Position numbers and translations under genes: made by a program. This document shows positions 28,366-37,153 of a DNA stretch of 64,000 bases, piece after piece (the stretch's first letter is position 1; each line of letters begins with the position of its first letter). Below the pieces are notes generated by a model that searched no databases, was not told where the DNA came from, and saw only the letters and a program-made list of their open reading frames with translations. The DNA comes from Planctomycetota bacterium (GTDB lineage Bacteria > Planctomycetota > UBA8108 > SXIK01): NCBI GenBank assembly GCA_965223265.1, contig OZ244999.1, positions 4,608,001 to 4,672,000 on the forward strand, in the 5' to 3' direction.

Positions 28366-28850
28366 CGTTTCTCCAGCGTGTGTGGTGGTCTACAACCCGA
28401 ACCACGAAGTCGCGAGGTCCGATCTTCTCACCACTTGGCGACTGCTTGAGAAGCTGGCAGCGCCGCGGTGAGAACAACCGTTCGCCTGCTGACACCCTCC
28501 TCGATCTCAGCTGATCGAATTCACCCAACGGAAGAGGCCACTCCTTCCGAAACTGGCCGCCATCGTGCCTGGCACGCGAGGCGTGGTCAACGATTGATTG
28601 AGGCACGCACCTGGACAAGTCCGCTCATTCGGTTGAACGAGGTCGCAGGTGAGATCGTTCCGGCAACCTCGAAAACCGTGTGCCTTTCCGGTCTCCGTAG
28701 CCGTCTGAGTTCGAGAGCGTGGACCGCGCGACGAACTCAAAACGAAGAGTCCCGCGCGTCAACGAATCGTGCTCGGCCCTGGATCGCAGGATCCACGCTA
28801 CTGGCGTACGCGTACCGTCGTTCGAATCAACGACGGCCTGCGGGCGACGG

Positions 28851-31800
28851 GCTCACTCGCACACCTCATAGTACTGACACGAGAGCGCATCAGCGCTCGA
28901 GTCGACGCCGCAGTTCTGCGGCGGCTCGGGCGCCGCGCCGCCCGCGAAAAGGTGCAGGAGCAGCTTCACCGCGTCGCTCACCGTCACGCGTCCGTCGTCG
29001 TCGACGTCCGCCGTCTTGACGCAGCTCGGTGCCGCGCCGCGGCGAAACAGGTAATTCAACAGCGTCAGCGCATCGCCAAGCGCCAGAGTGCCGTCGGCCT
29101 CCACGTCGCCGCGCTGAAACAGCGACTCCGAGCGCTCTCCCTTCTCGTAGAACGTCGCCGCTTCCTCGGCGATCAGCGCGTAGCTCCCATCGAGGTAGCG
29201 CACCTGCGCCACCTCCGGAGCTTCTCCGGGAAGCACCGGATCGGGAGCCTCCACCTCCACCACTCGCACAGCGCGATCAAGACCCGCTACTGAGATCTCT
29301 GGATCCAAAACCACCCAGTAGCGAACGTCTACGTTGTGACGGCGCGCCGAGTAGACCAGCTGCCAGTAGTCGCTCACCACAACCGATTCGCCACCGCCGA
29401 ACACCACTGACGCGCGCTGGAGACTCGCCGGACCTGTCAGCAAGCGCCCTTCTGGTGGCAAAAATCGCTCCACTAAATCGATCCGTGCACCGCTCGCCGT
29501 CTCCAACGAAAGCTCCCAGCGCGGCAAGAGCCCATCGCTACACGACGAGTAACTCACCAGAGGCTCACCCGCCAAGCTCCCCGTCGACACCAGCGAAAAC
29601 CTCAAAAACTCCTCGTCCACCAAAAACCGCTCCTCCAGCGCACGCGAGCCCGCACCGCGAAGCTCCACTCCCAAAAGCTGCACCACGTAGCTCTCGCCAC
29701 CCATCAGCGTGAACTCCTGCTCGTAGCTGAAGCGATACAGCGTCACTCCACCCCCCTCCGCTACCCGCGCCACGCGGTAAAGACCCGCCGCCACAGCCTG
29801 AGCCTCCTCCTGCTCAGGGCCAAAGCGAACACTCTCGATCAGCTCACCTGAAAAACTCTCCGAGCTCGTCACAAGTTCGTGCACTCCGGCGCGCAGACGC
29901 ACTTCGCTCTTCAGCTCGTACTCCACCTGGGGATCGCGGCCAGTGCGGTCCGCCGAAAACACCCCGCACAAAACCGTCCCCTCGGGAACCAAAAGCTCAA
30001 AAGCCGGTGACGGCACAACCGTCTCCGGAATCAAAAACGGACGCACCTGCTTCACCGCCAGCGAGCCGTCCGGCTCCACCTTGAACTCAAAGTCCAAAAG
30101 CACCTGCTCGCGAGGATAACCTTCAAGATCCAAAGGAAAGTTCGTATCCACATGCCACATCAGAGAACCCAGATCTCCCAGCTGCTCCTCCGTCAGAACC
30201 ACCTCCCCCGCACCAACCAAAGATGAGCTCCGGTCGCGAACGATCCGCACCACCTCGCCTTCAACCACCTCCAAAAAATTCCGCTCCACGCTCACACCCG
30301 CCGCTGGACTCACTACGCTCTCCTCGCCAACCTGAGCGGTGATCATGTAGCGCCGATCTCGAACGTTCTGAGGGTTACCGGTGAACGCAACTCCGTTCGC
30401 TGCCTCATCGAGGAAGGCCCGGTTCACCAGCAAACCCATCGTCGCTGCCTCTGGAGGAATCTGGAAAAACGTCCGCTCCTCATGCGCTCGGAACGTCCAA
30501 AGGCTCGACCACACCTTCTTCAGCGCACGCTCAATCGTCCGCTCGTTGTCGCGCGTCGCGTCGCAGTGTGAGCTGTCAGGGCTCGCAGGGTCCAGCGTGT
30601 CCGCGGCGCACGCAGACGTCGACTCGTAAAGGCCCGCACCGTTGAACTCCAGCGCGTCCTCGACATTCGACGACGAGCGAAAGCGAACCATCAGAGCGCG
30701 AGAGCCGAAAACCTCTTCGATCCGCCCTACAAGCCCCGCCACCAGCGCTGGCGACACCTCGCCACGATCTCGCACAAAGTCGCGAAATTCATCCAGCACC
30801 CTGAAGCGCACAGATGAATCGCTCTTGAACTCCTCACTCGATAGCAGCTCCGTCAGATACTCCTGGTAGCTCAGGTCGCGTCCCTCGATCGCGACGCGGT
30901 TCGACTCCATGAACTCCACGTAGTAGCGCATCGGGATGCCAAAACCAGCCTCTTGAAACTCAGCGTACTCCCCAGTCAAAACTCGCTGCAGCCGCGCAAG
31001 GTTCGTCGCCTTGCCGCCGAAGCGAGACACCGGGTTCACAACTCCCTCCAGATCCATATCCAACAGGTGATCAAAGCCGCCGTACTCCCGATCGGTCCCA
31101 GCAAGGCGCGGCAGCGAAGGCTGGTTCTCCCGCCAAAACTCCTCAGCCTCAGACACACTCGCTGGCTCCACCAAGTACGTCACCTCACCCACCTCAAGGC
31201 GCACCAGCTCGCCCGCAAAGCGGGAAAACTCCTCCACTGCTCCCAATACAAACGCGTTCGGGGTCCCGCGCCGTGCCGTCCGCACCGCCACGTGACTCAG
31301 TGGCCCTTGAATGCTTCCCGTCACGAAACCACCGATCACACCCTCTACGTCCTGCGGCGCCGTCTCCACAACCACTATGTCTTGAAACGTGAACAGACCC
31401 TGAGAGTTCGCGCTCTCGAACTCCTCCAGCGTGAACACGCGCACCCGCCCGTAACCCACTCCAAGCGTGTAAGCCTCGTACTCCAGCTCCGGGGTAGGCT
31501 CCGTCAAAATCGGAAATGCAGGATCACTCCAGCTCGAAGCAGCCTCCTTCGCAAGCTGCGTGTCCGGCTCGTAGCCTAAAAGCTCTAAATCAAACGCCCC
31601 CTTCAGCTCCAGGTACACGCTCTCAACCTCAGACTCGCTCAAAACCTCAGAGGCGTCAGAGCCTGTGTCCGCAAACACCGTGAAAGCGTACTCGATTCCA
31701 CCCGAGCCTCGCCGCCGAGCGATCGAGCCCACGTAGTAGTCGCGCGTTGCGCGGCGCCCTACCAGCTGGTCGTACTCCTCCCCTTGAGGGCGCGTCGGAA

Positions 31801-31936
31801 ACTGATCCGGAAACGCTCCAGCCAGAAAATCCTCGTGAAGGCTGAAACGACGAACGTTCTGAAACACCGCTGGGATCAAGCTCCCGTCGTCACCACGCGC
31901 CGGCACCACGTACTTCGTGAAGCGACCAAGGCTCGA
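28851..31936. repeat. 3.1-kb near-identical repeat, copy 3
   Basis: From GCTCACTCGCACACCTC to AAGCGACCAAGGCTCGA, collinear with 11812-14897; one locally divergent patch at about 29330-29460. Confidence 0.92.
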
Positions 31937-34276
31937 GGGGATCGAGACGTTGACGAAATCGAACTCTGTACAGATGTGCGACAGAAAGTCCTCTCTGAAA
32001 ATCTGTGTCTGATTGAACAGCACGCGGATGTCTCGCTCGCCATGATTCTGACTGACGATGTCGATGTCACCGTCGAGATCGACATCGCCGGTAACCACAA
32101 AGCGCGGCTCAATCCCGACCGTGAACGGTCCGGCGAGAGTAAACGTACGCGGTCCGGTTCCGACAAGAACTGAGACGTTTGCATCCGGTTGATTTGACGT
32201 CACGAGGTCGAGCTGTCCGTCACCGTTGACGTCGGCGATGACCAATGAATGGGGTCCCCCATGGACGTCGATGACCTCGGCCTCAAATCGAGGCACACCG
32301 GCGTCACTCCCCGCATTCCAAAGAATCGTAACGTTGCCACGCGACTCGCTCGCCGTGACCAAGTCGTTTCTCGCATCGCCGTCGAGGTCACTGGCGACCA
32401 CGTAGTTAGGTGGCATCAAAATCGGCTCGCTAGCCTCCCGAAAACCGTCGCCGTCGTTGAGAAGCATGAACACGCTGGAGGAGCCAGAATTGGCGACGAC
32501 GACGTCCGCGCGCCGATCGCCGTTGACGTCCGCGACGGTCGTCGCTCTCGGACCAGCTCTGGAGTCGAATGTCTCCCGACGTTCGAAACCTCCTCCACCG
32601 TCGTTGAACATGATCGTGACACTGCTGGTCGAAGCGTTCGAGCTAATGACCTCCGGCGCACCGTCGCCGTCAACGTCGCCTGCAGTGACGTGGAACGCAG
32701 TACCGCCAACGACATATGTCGTACCGCTCTCGAAAAACCCGGTGCCGTCGTTCGGTTGTATGAGAACTCTGCACTGGGTGCACGACCCACCAGGCGGCGG
32801 TGCTAACCCTGAGGCTAAATCGAGGTCGCCATCGCGATCGAAGTCGGCCAGCACAATCGAAAAGGGATGACCCTGCGTGATGTGGTACTTGATCGCAGGC
32901 TCAAACGTGCCATTCCCACGATTCATGAACACAGTGACGCCGTTGCTGGAACTGTTGTTGCCCGTCACGACATCGAGGTCGCCGTCACGATCGAGATCAC
33001 CGATGGCGATGGAGTGCGGTTGCCCCTCAACGAGGTGGCGCTCAGGCGGCGAAAACGTCAACGGCGCGCCCGAATCAGGAATGCTGCGAAATGTGGCGAC
33101 TGCGTTGGATGCGAGCAGTGCGAAATCAAGCGCACCATCGCCATCGAAATCGATGGGAGTCGCGCCGGAAGAGCGCGCGATATTCTCGTACAGCTCGACC
33201 GCAGGTCGGTACGACTCCGCCCCCATGTTTCGAATGATCACCGTCTGCGCCGCGCTGCGAAACCCAAGAAGTAGATCATGGTCATGGTCGCCATCAAAAT
33301 CACCGGCACTGAGCGAGCTGGCGGTTTCGGGGAACGTCACCAGACGCGGCGGCGCCAATGTGCCCCCGTCCTGATTGATGAGCACGGCCACTCGGCCGCT
33401 GTCGGCAGCGGCAACATCGATGTCACCATCGCCATCAAGATCGACGGCTGTCACGGCCAGTGGACGCACAAGCGGTGTATCGTGCTCGATCGGTGCAGCG
33501 AAGTCTCCGCCGCCGCGAGACTCGATGACAGCAAGCCGACCAATCGCTCGGCGTGCCACAACCATGTCGGCGACCCCGTCGGCGGTGACGTCGCCAAGCG
33601 CGATCGAGCTAGGCGACTCGTCCACCTCGACCCACACAGGCGCCCCGAACGCGCCAGCCTCGTTTCGAAGCACTCCAACGCGTCCAACCGTAGAGTGTGC
33701 GGTCACTATGTCGACCGCTCCGTCTCCCGTTACATCGCCCGCGGCGAGATCCCTCGAACTCTCACCCAACTCAAAAAACGTCGGCGCCCGAAACGACCCC
33801 GTGCCTTCACCGACGAGAAGTGCGACTTTCGAGTCGTTCGTCGCCGCCAGATCGACACGACCGTCCGCATCAAAATCAGCTGCCACGAGTGCTCCAAGCT
33901 GCGTCCCAGCGTCGAACTCGATGGCGGCCGCGAATTCGTCACCTTGACGACGCAAGATCGACACCGTCGAACTCCCGTCGGGTTTCAAGTTGCCCGTGAC
34001 GATGTCCGCATCCCCATCGCCATCAACATCGCAGCCGAGAATCGCGAGGGGAAATCTTGTCACACTGAGCTCAGCGTCGGCAGCCTCAAAGGCGAGATCA
34101 ATGCCGTCGCATTCGTCGGGGATACCATTGCCGTTACAATCGGGGCTTGACGCAGCAGCAAGATCCTCAGCATCCTCCACGTCGTTCCCGTTGCAGTCGA
34201 TCGCCCGGACATCGCTGGTAGGCAGTAAGCCAAACGTCACCACGAAAAAGGCGATCTGCCGTCTTGACGAACTCAT
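28853..34276 (-). CDS. paralog D: exported FG-GAP / dikinase / dockerin-like protein (1,807 aa)
   Basis: ATG at 34276 with GGGAGG RBS; signal peptide ending VRA-IDCNGND; His codon 31292-31294; same C-terminal cassette as A and B. Confidence 0.9.
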   Translation of the reverse strand: MSSSRRQIAFFVVTFGLLPTSDVRAIDCNGNDVEDAEDLAAASSPDCNGNGIPDECDGIDLAFEAADAELSVTRFPLAILGCDVDGDGDADIVTGNLKPDGSSTVSILRRQGDEFAAAIEFDAGTQLGALVAADFDADGRVDLAATNDSKVALLVGEGTGSFRAPTFFELGESSRDLAAGDVTGDGAVDIVTAHSTVGRVGVLRNEAGAFGAPVWVEVDESPSSIALGDVTADGVADMVVARRAIGRLAVIESRGGGDFAAPIEHDTPLVRPLAVTAVDLDGDGDIDVAAADSGRVAVLINQDGGTLAPPRLVTFPETASSLSAGDFDGDHDHDLLLGFRSAAQTVIIRNMGAESYRPAVELYENIARSSGATPIDFDGDGALDFALLASNAVATFRSIPDSGAPLTFSPPERHLVEGQPHSIAIGDLDRDGDLDVVTGNNSSSNGVTVFMNRGNGTFEPAIKYHITQGHPFSIVLADFDRDGDLDLASGLAPPPGGSCTQCRVLIQPNDGTGFFESGTTYVVGGTAFHVTAGDVDGDGAPEVISSNASTSSVTIMFNDGGGGFERRETFDSRAGPRATTVADVNGDRRADVVVANSGSSSVFMLLNDGDGFREASEPILMPPNYVVASDLDGDARNDLVTASESRGNVTILWNAGSDAGVPRFEAEVIDVHGGPHSLVIADVNGDGQLDLVTSNQPDANVSVLVGTGPRTFTLAGPFTVGIEPRFVVTGDVDLDGDIDIVSQNHGERDIRVLFNQTQIFREDFLSHICTEFDFVNVSIPSSLGRFTKYVVPARGDDGSLIPAVFQNVRRFSLHEDFLAGAFPDQFPTRPQGEEYDQLVGRRATRDYYVGSIARRRGSGGIEYAFTVFADTGSDASEVLSESEVESVYLELKGAFDLELLGYEPDTQLAKEAASSWSDPAFPILTEPTPELEYEAYTLGVGYGRVRVFTLEEFESANSQGLFTFQDIVVVETAPQDVEGVIGGFVTGSIQGPLSHVAVRTARRGTPNAFVLGAVEEFSRFAGELVRLEVGEVTYLVEPASVSEAEEFWRENQPSLPRLAGTDREYGGFDHLLDMDLEGVVNPVSRFGGKATNLARLQRVLTGEYAEFQEAGFGIPMRYYVEFMESNRVAIEGRDLSYQEYLTELLSSEEFKSDSSVRFRVLDEFRDFVRDRGEVSPALVAGLVGRIEEVFGSRALMVRFRSSSNVEDALEFNGAGLYESTSACAADTLDPASPDSSHCDATRDNERTIERALKKVWSSLWTFRAHEERTFFQIPPEAATMGLLVNRAFLDEAANGVAFTGNPQNVRDRRYMITAQVGEESVVSPAAGVSVERNFLEVVEGEVVRIVRDRSSSLVGAGEVVLTEEQLGDLGSLMWHVDTNFPLDLEGYPREQVLLDFEFKVEPDGSLAVKQVRPFLIPETVVPSPAFELLVPEGTVLCGVFSADRTGRDPQVEYELKSEVRLRAGVHELVTSSESFSGELIESVRFGPEQEEAQAVAAGLYRVARVAEGGGVTLYRFSYEQEFTLMGGESYVVQLLGVELRGAGSRALEERFLVDEEFLRFSLVSTGSLAGEPLVSYSSCSDGLLPRWELSLETASGARIDLVERFLPPEGRLLTGPASLQRASVVFGGGESVVVSDYWQLVYSARRHNVDVRYWVVLDPEISVAGLDRAVRVVEVEAPDPVLPGEAPEVAQVRYLDGSYALIAEEAATFYEKGERSESLFQRGDVEADGTLALGDALTLLNYLFRRGAAPSCVKTADVDDDGRVTVSDAVKLLLHLFAGGAAPEPPQNCGVDSSADALSCQYYEVCE

Positions 34277-34404
34277 GAGCAGCCTCCCGACTGTGCTGAG
34301 TCTCTCGTGGCCTCAATCGCTGGAAAAGACGATGACGACTACCGTATCGATGACGGACGCACGCGTACAGGACTCTTTCGCTTCTTCTACGGTGAGGCGA
34401 CAAC

Positions 34405-36759
34405 ATGGTTCCGACGAATAAGAGCTCCAATGATCCGCGCATCGCCGGACTGACGGTTCACGCGAGCGGAGTTTTTCTCTTCCTCACGAGCTTTTGCGTA
34501 CTCGTCTTCGAAGTTTCGCTCTCTCGCATCTGTAGCGTGCTGCTGCAGTACCACATGAGCTTCGCCGTGGTGTCGCTCACCATCCTCGGCATAGGCGCCG
34601 GCGGATTCGCAGCCTACACTGCAACGCGGAAAAAGCATTCAGCGACCGACGTCGCCACTACTGCATTGACTCTGTTTTCGCCTGCGCTCTTGGCAGCGCT
34701 CGCGACGCTTCTGTGGCTCCCCTTCGCGCGGTTCTGGCCATTTCTCATCTTCCTTTTGCTCCCAGCCTTCGTCGCGACCGGGGCTTTTCAGGCGCTGGTC
34801 CTGCGGTCGTTTCCACAGCGGGCAGGCATTCTCTACGGCGCCGATTTGTGCGGAGGAGCGCTAGGCGCGCTCGCCTCGGTGCCAGCAATGAACATCCTGG
34901 GGGGCCCCGTAAACACCGCGGTCGCCATCGCTCTTCTCGGGGCACTGACGGCCTTGGGATGGTCGCTGATTCGATCTCCAGGCGTGCCAGTCGGTCAGCT
35001 GGCCCCGGCGCGCACGCGTAAGGTCACGGTGTTCTTGGCTCTCCTGGCCGCTTCAAGCTTAGCAGCGCAGCTGTCGCACCCACTGTTCGATGTGAACTAT
35101 GAGCGCACTCCGGAGAAGCTCATTCACCGGCTGACCCGCCCGATCACATTGCGGCCGAATGGCGCTCCACCTCGTACGGTCGTGCCAAGAATCGTCCCCG
35201 AATTGACCCGCTGGGACGCGTATAGCCGCGTCGATGTCGTCGAGCTCAACCATCCCCCTCTCGTGCAGCGACGAGTCTTTATCGACGGCGAGACGCCGAC
35301 GGCGATGCTGCCCGCAGGCACGAAGTTCGGGCGCGGCAGCAACGTCCTCGTCCACGAATCTCTCGCGGCGTTTCCCTACCGACTCCTGCGTCCGCAGAGT
35401 GTCCTCGCGATTGGCTCCGGCGGCGGATACGACGTAGTCGTCGCGAAACGATTCGACGCACAAAGGATCGATGCCGTCGAGCTCAACCGCAGCGTTCTCG
35501 AAGTAACCGACGAAGCGCGCGCATTCACCGGTGACGTCTACCGGCTGCCCGGAGTCCGCCTCGTTCACGCCGAAGGACGCCAGTTCGTACGCGCCGCGGA
35601 GCCCTCCACGTACGACCTCGTCGTCCTCGCCCTCGCGCAATCCCTTGCCGGCAATCTTCAAGAGTTCGCGCTCGCCGAGAACTACCTCTACACAGAAGAA
35701 GCATTCGACGACTACTTTCGCGTCCTGCGCCCGGGCGGCGCTGTGGCGATCCTTGTCGACCAGCCTGTCTACCTCAAGAGACTCCTGTCGACGGCGTTCG
35801 CCGCGCTCGAGCAGCACGGTTTCACGCCGACCGGCCACGTGATCGCGCTGGGAAGTCCAAAAGAGCGTCCTTACAACCATCTACTCGTCGTTCGCAACAC
35901 TCCGTACGCCGAGCTAGAGCGTCAGGTCATGAGTCGTGACGCGCGTGGACGACGCTACGCGCTGTTTCATCTTCCGACCGTCGATCGTTCGGAGGCGCCG
36001 CAGCTGACAGCGCGCGAATTGTTGAACGAGCGAGCGTTCGACCTGAGCCCGGCGACAGACGATCGCCCTTTCTTCTTCCACGTCAGCCGATCGTCGCCGG
36101 GAGGACTCGTTCTCTTGATCGGCATTGCATCGATCCTCGTCGTCGCCGCATGGCTGGTGACACCGCGAGCGGCGCTCATCACCGCCGACAGCTCGCCGCA
36201 TCGACATGCAGCGTTCTTTGGCCTCCTCGGCCTCGCGTTCATCGCAGCCGAAATCCTCGTCCTCCAAAAGACGGTTCTGATCGTCGGTTTTCCGACAATC
36301 AATCTCGCCGTCGTGCTCGCCGTCTTTCTGTTCGCTGCCGGGCTTGGAAGTGCCTGCAGCCCAGTGATCGTAGGGGGCTCGCGCCGTCGCCTGCGCGCCC
36401 TATTACTCTTTCTGGCTGCAGCACTGACGTCGATCCCGTTTCTGCTCGATTCCCTGCACGGCGCACTTCAGGGAGCGTCGCTCGTCAGTCGTTGTGTCGT
36501 GCTGAGCGCCACGCTGTCTCCCTACGCATTCGTCATGGGCATGCCATTTCCTTCGGCGATTCGGCTTCTGTCAGGGAGCCAGCGCCACCTCGTACCATGG
36601 CTCTGGGGGATCAACGGCGCCGCCTCAATCCTCGGCTCAGGGATCGCGGTATATGTTGCCCTTCAGTTAGGGTTTCGGCTCACAGCTCTCCTTCCGGCGG
36701 CCCTCTACACTCTGGCCGGGATTCTCAGCGCCCCGACACCAGGTAACGATTCCGCTTGA
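34405..36759 (+). CDS. membrane-bound spermidine-synthase-like SAM-dependent methyltransferase
   Basis: N-terminal TM bundle with YGADLCGGALG, WDAYSRVDV, VLAIGSGGGYDV, DAVELN, EGRQFV, ENYLYTEEAF, PATDDRPFF, then a C-terminal TM bundle with MGMPFP and WGINGAAS. Confidence 0.85.
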   Translation: MVPTNKSSNDPRIAGLTVHASGVFLFLTSFCVLVFEVSLSRICSVLLQYHMSFAVVSLTILGIGAGGFAAYTATRKKHSATDVATTALTLFSPALLAALATLLWLPFARFWPFLIFLLLPAFVATGAFQALVLRSFPQRAGILYGADLCGGALGALASVPAMNILGGPVNTAVAIALLGALTALGWSLIRSPGVPVGQLAPARTRKVTVFLALLAASSLAAQLSHPLFDVNYERTPEKLIHRLTRPITLRPNGAPPRTVVPRIVPELTRWDAYSRVDVVELNHPPLVQRRVFIDGETPTAMLPAGTKFGRGSNVLVHESLAAFPYRLLRPQSVLAIGSGGGYDVVVAKRFDAQRIDAVELNRSVLEVTDEARAFTGDVYRLPGVRLVHAEGRQFVRAAEPSTYDLVVLALAQSLAGNLQEFALAENYLYTEEAFDDYFRVLRPGGAVAILVDQPVYLKRLLSTAFAALEQHGFTPTGHVIALGSPKERPYNHLLVVRNTPYAELERQVMSRDARGRRYALFHLPTVDRSEAPQLTARELLNERAFDLSPATDDRPFFFHVSRSSPGGLVLLIGIASILVVAAWLVTPRAALITADSSPHRHAAFFGLLGLAFIAAEILVLQKTVLIVGFPTINLAVVLAVFLFAAGLGSACSPVIVGGSRRRLRALLLFLAAALTSIPFLLDSLHGALQGASLVSRCVVLSATLSPYAFVMGMPFPSAIRLLSGSQRHLVPWLWGINGAASILGSGIAVYVALQLGFRLTALLPAALYTLAGILSAPTPGNDSA

Positions 36760-37153
36760 CTTCACTTCAGAAGCTCGCGACGCTGTGTACGGGTGAAGTC
36801 CAGGCGAACGCGCGCCTAGCTTAGCGCGCGGTAAGTCAACCAAAGGCGGGAGGGATAGGATTAAAGCCACGGCTTTTGTTCACCAACTTCTCGACGAAAA
36901 CGTTGGGAGACGATAGCGTTGTGGAAGGGAGGTGGGTCCGCAAGTGACGGGTGCAGCCATTCTGAACGTTACCGTTGAGTGCATCAAGACTGGCTCAACG
37001 AAGCCAAAGGCTGTGTGATGAAGCGCTTAGTCCTCTGTTCTGTTCGGCAAATGGGAGGTAAGTTCAAGCTGAGTGAGTGATTCCTATAGGAGAGGCAACG
37101 CCATAGAAAGGGAGGCGTTGCTCGAAGACGAGTCCAGCTGTTGGAGGCTGCAG

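Noticed and set aside
11808-31936. Diversity-generating retroelement as the source of the repeats
   Set aside because: No reverse transcriptase in the window; the repeats are 3.1 kb rather than ~100-150 nt; differences are not confined to adenines.
11808-31936. Repeats as IS copies or a pure assembly artefact
   Set aside because: No transposase or terminal repeats; each copy is in frame with a different N-terminal region and has private variants. Local haplotype mixing by the assembler cannot be excluded.
11814-34276. Annotating the large proteins as PEP synthase / pyruvate phosphate dikinase
   Set aside because: The His domain precedes the ATP-grasp domain, the pyruvate-binding barrel is absent, and the proteins carry signal peptides, FG-GAP repeats and dockerin-like tails.
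36780-37150. Riboswitch in the long leader (hairpin GCAACGCC/GGCGTTGC near 37095-37121)
   Set aside because: No consensus of a riboswitch class that I can recognise; a single hairpin is insufficient.
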